Source: Ignavibacteria bacterium
Lineage (GTDB): Bacteria > Bacteroidota > Ignavibacteria > Tepidaquicellales > OLB5
Assembly (NCBI GenBank): GCA_019912545.1
Contig: JAIOIK010000198.1
Span: 6,679-70,678 of the forward strand
Reading direction: 5' to 3'
Length of the DNA stretch: 64,000 nt
Part shown: positions 37,904 through 49,324 of the stretch, piece after piece
Layout of the letters: each line of letters opens with the position of its first letter
Numbering within the stretch: position 1 is the stretch's first letter
Notes under the pieces: generated by a model
Told to the model about the DNA's origin: nothing
Database searches by the model: none
The model's input: only the letters and a program-made list of their open reading frames with translations
Position numbers and translations under genes: made by a program

Positions 37904-40057
37904 ATGAAGAAAATGTATTTGCTTCTTTTGTTTTTGTTTATTACATCAACGGTATATTCGCAGTTTATGCAAGCCGGAATTTCTAACAGATTGTATACAC
38001 GGCTTCAAAACTCGACCTCGAATGATCAAATAAAAATATTGGTATTGCTTAAAGATAGAGTCGATATCGAGGCATTAGATATGCAGCTTTACCAGATGAA
38101 CGCTTCTGCGGAATTCAGGGCTAAGACAGTTATAACTGCTTTGATGGATAAAGCTGCTATGACGCAGCCGGCCTTGATTTCTTATCTTGAAGAGCAAAGA
38201 TTGTCAGGAAAGGTAAATGGCTACCGGCCTTTCTGGATAACTAATTTTATATCGGTTGAAGCAAGACCTGAAGTTATTTTACAGCTTGCCGGAAAGATGG
38301 AAGTTGATGTGCTGGATATAGATGCAGAACTTGATTATGATAAACCCGTAGCAATTGAACCTGCCGCAGGCGAAAGAGTGGCAAGTTCAGAAGTTGGCTT
38401 AAAAGTAATAAATGCCCATAAAATGTGGGAAATTGGAATTACCGGTACCGGAAGAGTAGTTATGAATGATGATACTGGAGTTGACGGAAATCACCCGGCA
38501 TTAAACTATAAGTGGAGGGGAAATACTTCTTCACCCTGGTATCACGCATGGCTTGATCCGGCAGGCGGAACAAACTTCCCAAGTGACTGTGATAACCATG
38601 GAACGCACACAATGGGTATAATGACAGGAAGAGCCGGGACTGATACAATTGGTGTCGCCCCGGGAGCAGAATGGATAGCAGCAAAAACCATTTGTTCCGG
38701 AAACGGAACCAGCAATCACATGGCTTCGTGGCAATGGGCATTGAATCCCGATAGTAATGTAAATACAATTACTGATATGCCAGACGGTATTGGAAACTCA
38801 TGGCATGATCCGACCGGTGTTCCATCACAGGGAGATTGTGCAAGTACAATATATTTAAATGCTTTGGCATCTATGGAAGCCGGCGGTGTAGCAATAGTAT
38901 TTTCTTGCGGTAATTCGGGACCTGGTGCTTCAACTATAACAAGGCCCAAAAATATTAACGTAAGCCTTGTTAACTCTTTCAGTGTTGGAAATATCAATGG
39001 AAATACCAGTTATCCTTATGCGATTAACAGCTCTTCTTCACGCGGACCGGGGTACTGTGGAAATACCGGAAAGTTCAGATTTAAACCGGAGGTTTCAGCG
39101 CCCGGAACGAGTGTCAGATCAAGTATCCGAAATGGGGCTTACTCAAGCTTAACAGGCACTTCAATGGCATGCCCGCATGTTGTTGGTTCGGTAACACTTT
39201 TAAGACAGGCTTTTCCAAATGCTACAGGTAAACAGTGTTTAGAAGCTTTATACTGGACAGCCCGCGATCTTGGAACTCCCGGAGAAGATAATTCATTTGG
39301 AATGGGATTTATTGATGTTTGGGCAGCATACCAGTATTTAGGCAAAAACATATGCCGCCAGCAAAATGTCATAATTCTTGATAACTCGACTAATTATGAT
39401 ACGCTAAACTTCAGCACAGGCGGGACAATTACTGATGTCAATTTTACAATGGGAGCTTTAACTCATTCAAAGACCGGAGATGTAGAATTCTCAATTAAAT
39501 CGCCTGCAGGAACTGAAGTAATTCTGGCAAGCCGCAGAGGAGGCACTGGAGATAACTTCATAAATACTGTATTTAATGATTCCGCTGCCAATCCTATCAG
39601 CAGTGGAACTCCGCCATTTGCAGGCTCTTTCAGGCCGGAGTCTCCGTTAAGCGTCTTTAACGGACAGAGTCAGATGGGCGACTGGATCTTCAGAGTAAAT
39701 GATAATGCAGCAAGTGATACAGGCAGAGTAATGAACTATTGCCTGACAATACGTTCTAATGCTCCGACCGGAATTGGAAATAATAATTCCCCAGTTTCAT
39801 ATGCGCTTGAACAGAATTATCCAAATCCGTTTAATCCTAACACAAGTATAAGATATTCAATACCAAAACAAAGCTTTGTGAGACTGGTAATTTATGATAT
39901 CTCAGGCAAGGAAGTGGCAGTGCTATCCAACGATGTAAAACAGGCCGGAAGCTATGAAGCAATATTCAATGCATCAGGCTTTGCAAGCGGTGTATATTTT
40001 TACAGCATTGAAGCGGATGGCTTTAAGGAAACAAAGAAGATGGTTCTGATAAAGTAA
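37904..40057 (+). CDS. secreted S8 peptidase with P-domain and T9SS CTD (copy 4, no CARDB module)
   Basis: VMNDDTGVDGNHPAL, NHGTHTMGIM, LTGTSMACPHVVGSVTLL. P-domain ..GDVEFSIKSPAGTEVIL..MGDWIFRVNDNAASDTGRVMNYCLTI. CTD EQNYPNPFNPNTSIRY..KKMVLIK. Confidence 0.9.
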   Translation: MKKMYLLLLFLFITSTVYSQFMQAGISNRLYTRLQNSTSNDQIKILVLLKDRVDIEALDMQLYQMNASAEFRAKTVITALMDKAAMTQPALISYLEEQRLSGKVNGYRPFWITNFISVEARPEVILQLAGKMEVDVLDIDAELDYDKPVAIEPAAGERVASSEVGLKVINAHKMWEIGITGTGRVVMNDDTGVDGNHPALNYKWRGNTSSPWYHAWLDPAGGTNFPSDCDNHGTHTMGIMTGRAGTDTIGVAPGAEWIAAKTICSGNGTSNHMASWQWALNPDSNVNTITDMPDGIGNSWHDPTGVPSQGDCASTIYLNALASMEAGGVAIVFSCGNSGPGASTITRPKNINVSLVNSFSVGNINGNTSYPYAINSSSSRGPGYCGNTGKFRFKPEVSAPGTSVRSSIRNGAYSSLTGTSMACPHVVGSVTLLRQAFPNATGKQCLEALYWTARDLGTPGEDNSFGMGFIDVWAAYQYLGKNICRQQNVIILDNSTNYDTLNFSTGGTITDVNFTMGALTHSKTGDVEFSIKSPAGTEVILASRRGGTGDNFINTVFNDSAANPISSGTPPFAGSFRPESPLSVFNGQSQMGDWIFRVNDNAASDTGRVMNYCLTIRSNAPTGIGNNNSPVSYALEQNYPNPFNPNTSIRYSIPKQSFVRLVIYDISGKEVAVLSNDVKQAGSYEAIFNASGFASGVYFYSIEADGFKETKKMVLIK

Positions 40058-40107
40058 AAAGGCAAAAAACGTCAAACGTGAAAGGCGAGACGTGAAATGT
40101 GAAGTTC

Positions 40108-40140
40108 AAAGCCTGTCAGATTATTGGCAGGCTTTTTTGT
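40108..40140 (+). terminator. rho-independent terminator after S8 copy 4
   Basis: AAAGCCTG..12 nt..CAGGCTTT followed by tttgtttt. Confidence 0.6.
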
Positions 40141-40152
40141 TTTAGGGTTTAA

Positions 40153-40176
40153 GTGTCAGGTCTAAGGACCTGACAC
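40153..40176. repeat. perfect 10-bp stem hairpin (REP-like) between convergent genes
   Basis: GTGTCAGGTC-taag-GACCTGACAC. A second hairpin, CAAGGGGG-catg-CCCTCTTG, lies at 40185-40204. Confidence 0.5.
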
Positions 40177-40219
40177 AACATACACAAGGGGGCATGCCCT
40201 CTTGTTCTGTTATATGCAG

Positions 40220-40927
40220 TTACTTCATTAATTTTTTAAGCAGGGTTACATCTTCAGGGATAGTTATCTTTACATTATCCCTCAAACCTTCAATCATTTT
40301 GATCTTGAAACCGGCAAATTCAATGGCCTGTGCCTCATCGGTAAAATCTGTTTTTTTTGCACTCCGGCATTTACTGTATGCTTTTGCCAGTTTTTCATAC
40401 CGGAACGCCTGCGGCGTCTGAACAATAAATAATTCACTGCGGTCAATAGTTTCTTTTACAAACCCGCTTTTATAAACTCTTTTAATTGTTTCCCTTACCC
40501 GGCAGCCCGGAATCACTTCACCATACTTCAAAGAATCCTCAATTATTCTTCTAACAAATGATTTGCTGATATTTGGCCTTGCGGCATCATGGATAATCAC
40601 AATGTCATTGTCTGTGCTTTCGATTTGACGGAATGCATTCCTTACAGACTCAAACCGTGTCTTGCCGCCTTCTACAACTGCTTTAAGTTTCGTTATCCTG
40701 TATTTTATTGCAAGAGTGTGGATCAGATCAAAATATGCAGGGTTTGATGACACAAGAATTTCGGTTATATAAGTGCACTTCTGGAATACTTCCAGAGAGT
40801 GGATTATTACAGGCTTACCGCATAGATTTATGAATTGTTTCGGCACTTTGACGGAACTTCCTTTGCCAAAACGCTCTCCGCTTCCGGCAGCAGTAATTAT
40901 ACAAAATATTTTTCGGTTTTTTCTCAC
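40220..40927 (-). CDS. ispD: 2-C-methyl-D-erythritol 4-phosphate cytidylyltransferase
   Basis: IITAAGSGERFG...PKQF, IVIIHDAARP, ..VQTPQAF.. IspD hallmarks; 235 aa. Confidence 0.9.
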   Translation of the reverse strand: MRKNRKIFCIITAAGSGERFGKGSSVKVPKQFINLCGKPVIIHSLEVFQKCTYITEILVSSNPAYFDLIHTLAIKYRITKLKAVVEGGKTRFESVRNAFRQIESTDNDIVIIHDAARPNISKSFVRRIIEDSLKYGEVIPGCRVRETIKRVYKSGFVKETIDRSELFIVQTPQAFRYEKLAKAYSKCRSAKKTDFTDEAQAIEFAGFKIKMIEGLRDNVKITIPEDVTLLKKLMK

Positions 40928-41004
40928 TTCAATTTCAAAAAAATACCCCGTTTATAGATAACGGGGTAAAAGATTCAGTTTAAATTAATCACAATTTCAT
41001 AAGC

Positions 41005-42039
41005 TCATATTACAAGCATTGCATCGCCGTAACTGAAGAAACGATATTTATCCTTAACTGCTTTCTTATAAACCTTCATCACCATATCTTTATCTGCAAA
41101 TGCGCAAACCAGCATGATCATTGTTGATTGCGGCTGATGGAAATTGGTAATGAACTTATCCACTACCTTCAGTGTTTGCGGGGGATAAACGAATTTATCT
41201 GTCCACCCTTTGCCTGAACGGATGAGCCTTCCGGCAGTTGTATTGGCTTCAAGAACTCTCGCAACTGATGTTCCACAGGCTATGATCTTCTTTTTATTCT
41301 CTACTGCCCTGTTAACAGCCTCGGCAGTATAATCCGGGATCTCGAAATATTCAGAGTCCATTCTGTGTTTGGTAAGGTCTTCTACTTCTACATGACGGAA
41401 CTTACCTAAACCCACATGAAGCGTAATGGGTAAAATATTTATTCCCTTTTTATCAACTTTCCTCAAAAGTTCTTTAGAAAAATGAAGTCCGGAAGCTGCT
41501 GCTGCAACAGAACCGATATTTTCAGCAAAAACTGACTGGTAGTTTTCCCTGTCTGCATCAGTTGGCTCGCGCTTAATATATTCAGGCAGCGGGGTTTTGC
41601 CAAGCTTATCTATATATTTCTGGAAGTCACCGCGGTAATTAAATCTTACAATCCTTCCTCTTGAAGTAGTATTATCAATTACTTCACAATACAGGTTTTT
41701 GGTAATAAATATTTTGTTGCCAATTCTGACTTTTCTTGCAGGATCAACAAGAACATCCCAAATGTTTTCGTCCTGGCTAAGCTGCCTTAAAAGGAATACT
41801 TCGATCTTTGCATTGGTCTTTTCTTTTGTACCGAATAGCTTTGCAGCAAATACCTTTGAGTCATTTAAGACGAGGCAATCGCCTTCATCCATATAATCTA
41901 TTATATCTTTAAATTTTTTGTTCTCAAGTTCCTTGGTTTTTCTGTTAACCACCATCATTTTGCATTCATCACGCGGTGATTTTGGGTGCTGGGCTATAAG
42001 TGTCTTGGGTATAGAAAATTTAAAATCAGTTGATTTCAT
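41005..42039 (-). CDS. queA: S-adenosylmethionine:tRNA ribosyltransferase-isomerase
   Basis: MKSTDFKFSIPKTLIAQHP..R..CKMMVV.., AAASGLHF, TLHVGLGKF, GTSVARVLE, TNFHQPQSTMIMLVCAF. Confidence 0.95.
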   Translation of the reverse strand: MKSTDFKFSIPKTLIAQHPKSPRDECKMMVVNRKTKELENKKFKDIIDYMDEGDCLVLNDSKVFAAKLFGTKEKTNAKIEVFLLRQLSQDENIWDVLVDPARKVRIGNKIFITKNLYCEVIDNTTSRGRIVRFNYRGDFQKYIDKLGKTPLPEYIKREPTDADRENYQSVFAENIGSVAAAASGLHFSKELLRKVDKKGINILPITLHVGLGKFRHVEVEDLTKHRMDSEYFEIPDYTAEAVNRAVENKKKIIACGTSVARVLEANTTAGRLIRSGKGWTDKFVYPPQTLKVVDKFITNFHQPQSTMIMLVCAFADKDMVMKVYKKAVKDKYRFFSYGDAMLVI

Positions 42040-42053
42040 TTATGTCCTTTAAT

Positions 42054-43352
<1,299 letters not shown>

Positions 43353-43612
43353 TTAAGTACAAATATAACATACAATTGCCGGCGAAACAATTCCGTTTTT
43401 ATTGCCTTTTGTTCGTAAGTAACGTAAATATCAATTACTTAGTATATAGGCTATTTTTATCAAGGTAAAGCTTTTTTATTGTTTAACGGAATAGTTATGC
43501 TAATCGTTGTAAATGGAAAAAGGTTCTCATTTTCTGACATAGAATTCAAAATATATCCCCAGGCAGTTAAAGAGTTCTTTTCATTTTTTTTGGAAAGTTA
43601 AAATTACTGACA

Positions 43613-44050
43613 CTATGATAAAAGTTCAAGCAGTCCTTCGGGATAAACTGTCACTTTTCCGGATTCACAATCCTCAACAGAAATCCAATGAGCCTTATAC
43701 CAAATATTTTCTTCATCAACATCAATTTCAGTCATTTCGTACAATTCTTTATTTATAAACTCTCCGTCATAAACCAAAACTAATTCGTGGCAAGATTTAC
43801 CGTTATAAGAAAAAACATTCTCCAGTGTTCCCAGGTACTTGACATTTATGATTTGCTGCCCCAATTCTTCCATGATCTCTCGTCTTAAGGCATCTTCGCT
43901 TCTTTCGCCAAACTCGATCCTGCCGCCAAGCGGGCGGTAAAATTCATTCTTCTTCACTGTGTCTGTTCCCAATGCAGCCAGAAATTTATTTTCATACCTG
44001 AAAACACAGATCACAAGCGGCCTAATTTCATTTGATCCCGGTTCAGTCAT
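43613..44050 (-). CDS. NUDIX hydrolase
   Basis: Nudix box GGRIEFGERSEDALRREIMEELGQ; 145 aa. Overlaps the upstream racemase gene by 8 nt. Confidence 0.85.
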   Translation of the reverse strand: MTEPGSNEIRPLVICVFRYENKFLAALGTDTVKKNEFYRPLGGRIEFGERSEDALRREIMEELGQQIINVKYLGTLENVFSYNGKSCHELVLVYDGEFINKELYEMTEIDVDEENIWYKAHWISVEDCESGKVTVYPEGLLELLS

Positions 44051-44741
44051 TAATGCCTAGAGCAAATTTGACAATAGCATCTGCATGAACTTCGGTTGTA
44101 TCAAACACCGGAATCGGTGAATCATTTTGTTTTATGAGAAGCGGTATTTCTGAGCAGCCGAGGATCACTACTTCAGCTCCTTGTGATTGAAGTCTCTTAA
44201 TAATTTCAATATATCTGCCTCTTGTTGATTCTTTGAATATATTAAGGCCAAGTTCTTCAAAAATAGTTCTGTGAATAAAATCCATTTCATCAACTTGAGG
44301 AATAATTGTTTCGATCCCCTTTTCCTTTAATTTATCTTTGAAGAAATCTTCTGTCATCGTGATTCTCGTTCCAAGCAGGGCAACCTTTGTAATACCTTTT
44401 GATGCAATCACTGAGGCAACGGCCTCGGCGATATGAATTAGAGGTATCCTGATGGAGTTCTCAATATCGGGCGCATACTTGTGAGGGGTATTAGCACATA
44501 ATGCCAGGCATCCTGCCCCTGCCGCTTCGATCTTTCGGGCGATATCACAAAACGCATCACTAAGCCATTTAGTATTATTTTCATCTACTTTTTTCTTGAA
44601 TTCTTCAAAATTGACTGAATGAAGAATGATCTTTGCTGAATTCAGCCTTCCAAGCTTTTCACCTATTTTCTGATTTAGTAGTCTGTAATAATCAGCTGTT
44701 GAAAGCCAGCTTGTACCGCCTATTAATCCTATTGTTTTCAT
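44043..44741 (-). CDS. aspartate/glutamate racemase family protein
   Basis: IGLIGGTSWLSTADYY, LCANTPHK and ILGCSEIPLL (the two catalytic-Cys regions of Asp racemase-type enzymes). Confidence 0.85.
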   Translation of the reverse strand: MKTIGLIGGTSWLSTADYYRLLNQKIGEKLGRLNSAKIILHSVNFEEFKKKVDENNTKWLSDAFCDIARKIEAAGAGCLALCANTPHKYAPDIENSIRIPLIHIAEAVASVIASKGITKVALLGTRITMTEDFFKDKLKEKGIETIIPQVDEMDFIHRTIFEELGLNIFKESTRGRYIEIIKRLQSQGAEVVILGCSEIPLLIKQNDSPIPVFDTTEVHADAIVKFALGIND

Positions 44742-44828
44742 TTTAATAATTTATGATATGGATTATTGAAGAACAAGGGGTTACCCCAAAGGAATTTTCA
44801 ACAACCCCATGTTCGTAAAAGTAATAAT

Positions 44829-45470
44829 CTATTTAACCAAACTGATAGTCAAACCATCTGAGATTGAAACCAGAAGCGATTCAACTCCTGCGTCTTCGGC
44901 AACTTTCTTGTTATATTTAAGGATTCCCTTTGTGCTTTCATCAGGGTTTTCATCCACCACCTTGCCGAATTTGAGAGTATTATCGCATGCAATAATGCCG
45001 CCTTTATTCATTAAGCCAATAACTTTATCAAAATAATTCGAGCTGTTTTCTTTATCAGCATCAATGAATACAAAATCAAATCTCTCGTTCTGAAGTTTAT
45101 CAAGCGTTTCCAGCGCGCTGCCTAACATAAGTTCAATTTTGTTTTCCAGTCCGGCTTTTCTATAGTTATTTTTGGATTCCTCTGCATGTTTTTCTCTGAT
45201 CTCAAGCGTTGTCACTTTTCCATCATCCGGCAGAGCCCTTGCCATCCAGATAGTGCTGTAACCCGCAAGTGCCCCGATCTCAAGTACCCGCTTTGCATTG
45301 ATCATTTTAATGAGCAGATACAGAAACTTCCCGTTATCCGGGGCTATCTGTATCAGCGGGATTTTTTTTGCCTCAGAATCAATAACAATTTGCTTTAAGA
45401 GATCATCTTCTTCAACAAAAGTATCAACAATGTAATCATAAAGCTTTTCGTTTAATGGAACGCCCTTCAT
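44829..45470 (-). CDS. class I SAM-dependent O-methyltransferase (caffeoyl-CoA OMT-like)
   Basis: ..RVLEIGALAGYSTIWMARAL..FDFVFIDADKENSSNYF.. I moved the start to ATG 45468-45470 (MKGVPLNEKLYDYIV). The track extension to 45530 reads through a REP palindrome. Confidence 0.85.
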   Translation of the reverse strand: MKGVPLNEKLYDYIVDTFVEEDDLLKQIVIDSEAKKIPLIQIAPDNGKFLYLLIKMINAKRVLEIGALAGYSTIWMARALPDDGKVTTLEIREKHAEESKNNYRKAGLENKIELMLGSALETLDKLQNERFDFVFIDADKENSSNYFDKVIGLMNKGGIIACDNTLKFGKVVDENPDESTKGILKYNKKVAEDAGVESLLVSISDGLTISLVK

Positions 45471-45493
45471 ATAAAATACAACTTTATTTATTA

Positions 45494-45558
45494 GTGGCAC
45501 AGACATTCTTGTCTGTGTGAAGATCATCAAAAATCATCCACAGGCAGGAATGCCTGTG
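45494..45558. repeat. pair of convergent REP units
   Basis: GTGGCACAGACATTCTTGTCTGTG (45494-45517, identical to 12012-12035) and CACAGGCAGGAATGCCTGTG (45539-45558). Confidence 0.8.
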
Positions 45559-45573
45559 TTACCAATCATAAAC

Positions 45574-46491
45574 CTAGAATCCGCCAGCTCCAAATATAAG
45601 CGGCATATTCTTTCCGTTCATTATGACCATTTTGGAGTTATTGCTTTTTCCAAGCTCAAGAGTTGCTTCAATGCCTTTTAACTGCAAAACCTGGTCAGTA
45701 ATGCTTTGCGATACTATCCTGTTATAATCACTTATTCCCTGAGCCTCTACTCTTTTACGTTCGGCTTCCTGCTTTTCTTTCTGCAGGACATATACCATCT
45801 GCTGAGCCCTTTGCTCGGAGGCGATCTTTTCGTCTATTGCAGCGCGGACTTTCTCCGGAAGCTCAACATTTCTAAGCAATACTCTTTCAAGAATTATTCC
45901 TCTGCCGTCAAAAGCTTTTTCCAGATTTTTTGTAACATTGTTGATAAAATCTTCGCGTTTTATGGAATATATATCAGTTGCGGGAAAACCAACAGATACA
46001 TCCCTTATCGCAGTCCTTACAGCCGGTCTGACAATTTTTTCTACATAATCAGTTCCTATAGTACGGTAAACCTGGGGAGCATCACCTTCGCTGAGTCGGT
46101 ACCAAACAGTAAGATCAAGTGTAAGAGTTAAACCATCGCTTGAAAGTGTTGAAATAGCGTCATCTCCCTGCTGCTGACCCTCATCCCGCACTGAGCTCAT
46201 AGTATAAGCTTGAGTCCTGATGTCCATTTTCTCTACACTTACAAGCGGGTTAATAAAATTCAAACCGCTTTTTAACACGCCGTCCTGAACGCTGCCAAAC
46301 AATACTTGTACTCCTGCTTCACCTGCGCCAACCTGCGCTACGCATGAAAATATCACGGCTATGAATATTCCGATATAAGCAATGTTACGTACAACGCCGA
46401 AAAGTTTTGAGGTTGCAGTGTTAGTTACATTCTTCTTTAATTGTGTAACAACTATTGCAACTATAGCTAAAAAAATTATTAAGGCAATCAT
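45574..46491 (-). CDS. SPFH/band 7 (prohibitin-like) membrane protein
   Basis: N-terminal TM helices, SPFH core (..LTLTLDLTVWYRL..VRPAVRTAIRDV..) and a coiled C-terminal EQRAQQM..KEKQEAERKRVEAQG. Confidence 0.85.
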   Translation of the reverse strand: MIALIIFLAIVAIVVTQLKKNVTNTATSKLFGVVRNIAYIGIFIAVIFSCVAQVGAGEAGVQVLFGSVQDGVLKSGLNFINPLVSVEKMDIRTQAYTMSSVRDEGQQQGDDAISTLSSDGLTLTLDLTVWYRLSEGDAPQVYRTIGTDYVEKIVRPAVRTAIRDVSVGFPATDIYSIKREDFINNVTKNLEKAFDGRGIILERVLLRNVELPEKVRAAIDEKIASEQRAQQMVYVLQKEKQEAERKRVEAQGISDYNRIVSQSITDQVLQLKGIEATLELGKSNNSKMVIMNGKNMPLIFGAGGF

Positions 46492-46608
46492 AGTGATCTC
46501 CTTTAGTTAAGTTCAATAAAAAATGGATTAATATACAATATTAACCCATTTAGATTTAATAATCTCTGCAATTATTATGTGTCATACGTATCTCATGCAC
46601 ACAGATCT

Positions 46609-47403
46609 TCACAAATTCGATTCATTCGCTTTTTGCAGCACTTCAATCATATCTCTATGAATGCCCTTACCATTTGTTGCCAGTATCGGTTTATCATAAA
46701 TACTGTATTTATTACCATTAAAATCCGTAATTTTCCCCCCTGCTTCCAGGATTATTAAATAGCCTGCTGCGATATCCCACGGGTTCAGGTTTACTTCCCA
46801 AAAACCTTCAAACCTGCCGCAGGCAACATAACAGGCATCAAGTGCTGCCGAGCCGAACCTTCTTATCGGCAAGCCTTGCTTAATGAAATTCACAAAATGG
46901 TCTATACAGCGGTTTGAATTCTCTTTTGCATCATAGGGAAATCCGGTAACCAACATGCTGTCTTTAAGCATTTCAATATCACTAACCTTTATTCTCTTAT
47001 CGTTAAGATAGGCCCCTTTTCCCTTTTCGGCAAAGAATTTTTCTCCGGTTTTTGCAGAATATACCATTCCCATTACAACTACGCCTTTTATTTCAAGAGC
47101 GATCGAGACGCAGAAAATCGGAAGCGAATGTGCATAGTTCACAGTTCCATCGATCGGGTCAACTATCCACACATATTCCGATTTTTTGTGCAGGTCTCCG
47201 CCTTCTTCACCCAGTACATTGTGATCAGGGAAAGAGTTGTGAATTATCTCAATTATCTTTGCCTCGCACCGTTTATCAACTTCGGTAACAAGATCGCTGT
47301 AATTCATTTTCCTAGCTATTTCAAAATCCTTTTCGAAATACTCAAGCTGTATTTTTGCCGCTTCCTCAGCGGCCTCATTCATTACTTTTTTATATTCTTC
47401 CAT
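46609..47403 (-). CDS. inositol monophosphatase family protein (SuhB-like)
   Basis: ..LGEEGG.., WIVDPIDGTVNYAH, ..WDIAAG.. motifs. Confidence 0.9.
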   Translation of the reverse strand: MEEYKKVMNEAAEEAAKIQLEYFEKDFEIARKMNYSDLVTEVDKRCEAKIIEIIHNSFPDHNVLGEEGGDLHKKSEYVWIVDPIDGTVNYAHSLPIFCVSIALEIKGVVVMGMVYSAKTGEKFFAEKGKGAYLNDKRIKVSDIEMLKDSMLVTGFPYDAKENSNRCIDHFVNFIKQGLPIRRFGSAALDACYVACGRFEGFWEVNLNPWDIAAGYLIILEAGGKITDFNGNKYSIYDKPILATNGKGIHRDMIEVLQKANESNL

Positions 47404-47488
47404 AAGTATGTTTGTGAAATCATTTCAAAAACTAAAAAAGCATTCCGCCTAGCAGCAGAATGCTTTTAATTTACTTCAAATTATTTTC

Positions 47489-49324
47489 TTACTGCTTAAC
47501 TTCTTCCTGTTTATCGGCATCCTGTATAACATCATCGATCTTGAAATCAACTTCGTCTTTCAGTTCTGCAGGTGTTTTAGTTCTTTCTACCACATCAGCA
47601 AGTGTGAATTTCTTCAGTCCGAATTTCTTCACATAATCATCAACTTCTTTCTCACCTTTGTCTTTCAGGTACTCCAGAACAGATAGAACTATCTTTTTGG
47701 ATTCTTTATCGAACTCAATCACCTTTGCATTAAGTTCTTCGCCAGCTTCATAAAGCTCAGCGAAGTTCTTTACCGGCGATACCGATAGCTGTGAAGCCGG
47801 AATGAATCCGTCAACAAGCGTTGGCAGTTCAACAATTATTCCTTTTTCAATAGCTTTCATCATCTTGCATTTGCATTCAGTGCCTGCTTTGTATTCATCT
47901 GCTAGCTTATCCCATGGATTTTCTGTAAGCTGTTTATGGCCAAGTGCAATTCTCTGGTTTTCTACGTCAATTCCAAGAATAGTTACGTCAATTTCCTGCC
48001 CAAGCTGTACAAAATCCTCAATGTTGAAGATCTTCTTAGTCCATGAAAGGTCTGAAATATGAATAAGTCCGTCAACACCTTCTTCAAGCTCAACAAAGAC
48101 GCCGAAGTTGGTAATATTGCAGACTTTTCCCTTATGCTGTGAATTGACCGGGAAACGCTCAAGCAGTGACTGCCATGGATTAGGTGTAAGCTGCTTTATT
48201 CCAAGAGAAAGCTTCTTTTCGTTCTTATCAAGGCTGAGTATTATTGCTTCAATAACCTGTCCCATGGTAACTACCTGGGTTGGATTGGTTATGTGCTGAG
48301 TCCATGACATTTCAGAAATATGAATCAATCCTTCAATTCCTTTTTCAATTTCTATGAATGCGCCGTAATCGGTAATTGATACAACCTTTCCGGAAACCTT
48401 ATCGCCGATCTTGAGCTTTTCTTCAATGTTTTCCCATGGATGCGGCTGCAACTGCTTTAAGCCAAGAGTAACGCGTTTCTTTTCTTTATCATATTCAAGT
48501 ACCTTAACTTCAATTGGAGCATCAAGATTAACGACATCCGAAGGATGATTGATCCTGCCCCATGAAAGGTCTGTAATATGGATAAGCCCGTCAACTCCGC
48601 CAAGATCAACAAATACGCCGAAATCGGTAATAGCTTTAACGGTTGCCTGCAGGATTTGTCCCTGTTCAAGAGTTGTAAGAAGCTTCTCTCTCTGCTCTGA
48701 CATTGATTCTTCAACAAGAACCTTATGCGATACTATAATGTTTTCGTTGGGGTGATTGATCTTCAGGATCTTGAAGTCCATCATTTTATTTACATATACA
48801 TCATAATCACGGATAGGCTTAGTATCGATCTGTGAGCCGGGAAGGAATGCATTAATTCCGCCTAGATCAACAACAAATCCGCCTTTGATCCTTCTTACAC
48901 ATTTACCCTGTATAATTGTATCGTTCTCTTTGGCAGAAGTGATCTTCTCCCAATTCCTTATTATATCCGCGCGCTTGCGTGAAAGCACCAGCTGTCCCTC
49001 GCGGTCTTCAATTTTCTCTACAAATATTTCAAGCTCGTCGCCAATCTTAATGTTATCCGGATCGGGAAATTCATCTATTGATACTCTTCCGTCTGATTTG
49101 AAACCAATATCAATTAAAACATCGTTGCCGCTGATAGCAACAACTTTACCTTTAGCTATCTCATTTTCTTTGATAACATTAAAGGTCTTTTCATAAAGCT
49201 CAATATACTTTTTGAATTCTTCTTCGCTGTAATCTTTGGCTACAAAATCTTTGGTCTTTATGACCGGTGGCTTAACTTCTTCAGTCGTTGCATTAGCATT
49301 TGCTGTCTCGTTTGGTGATGTCAT
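47489..49324 (-). CDS. rpsA: 30S ribosomal protein S1
   Basis: 611 aa with six S1 repeats (recurrent G.V..I..FG.FV.L..G..GL.HIS.. units). Confidence 0.95.
   Translation of the reverse strand: MTSPNETANANATTEEVKPPVIKTKDFVAKDYSEEEFKKYIELYEKTFNVIKENEIAKGKVVAISGNDVLIDIGFKSDGRVSIDEFPDPDNIKIGDELEIFVEKIEDREGQLVLSRKRADIIRNWEKITSAKENDTIIQGKCVRRIKGGFVVDLGGINAFLPGSQIDTKPIRDYDVYVNKMMDFKILKINHPNENIIVSHKVLVEESMSEQREKLLTTLEQGQILQATVKAITDFGVFVDLGGVDGLIHITDLSWGRINHPSDVVNLDAPIEVKVLEYDKEKKRVTLGLKQLQPHPWENIEEKLKIGDKVSGKVVSITDYGAFIEIEKGIEGLIHISEMSWTQHITNPTQVVTMGQVIEAIILSLDKNEKKLSLGIKQLTPNPWQSLLERFPVNSQHKGKVCNITNFGVFVELEEGVDGLIHISDLSWTKKIFNIEDFVQLGQEIDVTILGIDVENQRIALGHKQLTENPWDKLADEYKAGTECKCKMMKAIEKGIIVELPTLVDGFIPASQLSVSPVKNFAELYEAGEELNAKVIEFDKESKKIVLSVLEYLKDKGEKEVDDYVKKFGLKKFTLADVVERTKTPAELKDEVDFKIDDVIQDADKQEEVKQ

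Noticed and set aside
45471-45530. 20-codon N-terminal extension of the O-methyltransferase ORF (MMIFTQTRMSVPLINKVVFY)
   Set aside because: The extension is encoded by the REP palindrome GTGGCACAGACATTCTTGTCTGTG. The internal ATG at 45468-45470 gives a normal OMT N-terminus.
45706-46131. 141-aa plus-strand ORF
   Set aside because: It lies antisense to the SPFH/prohibitin gene, which has clear family features.
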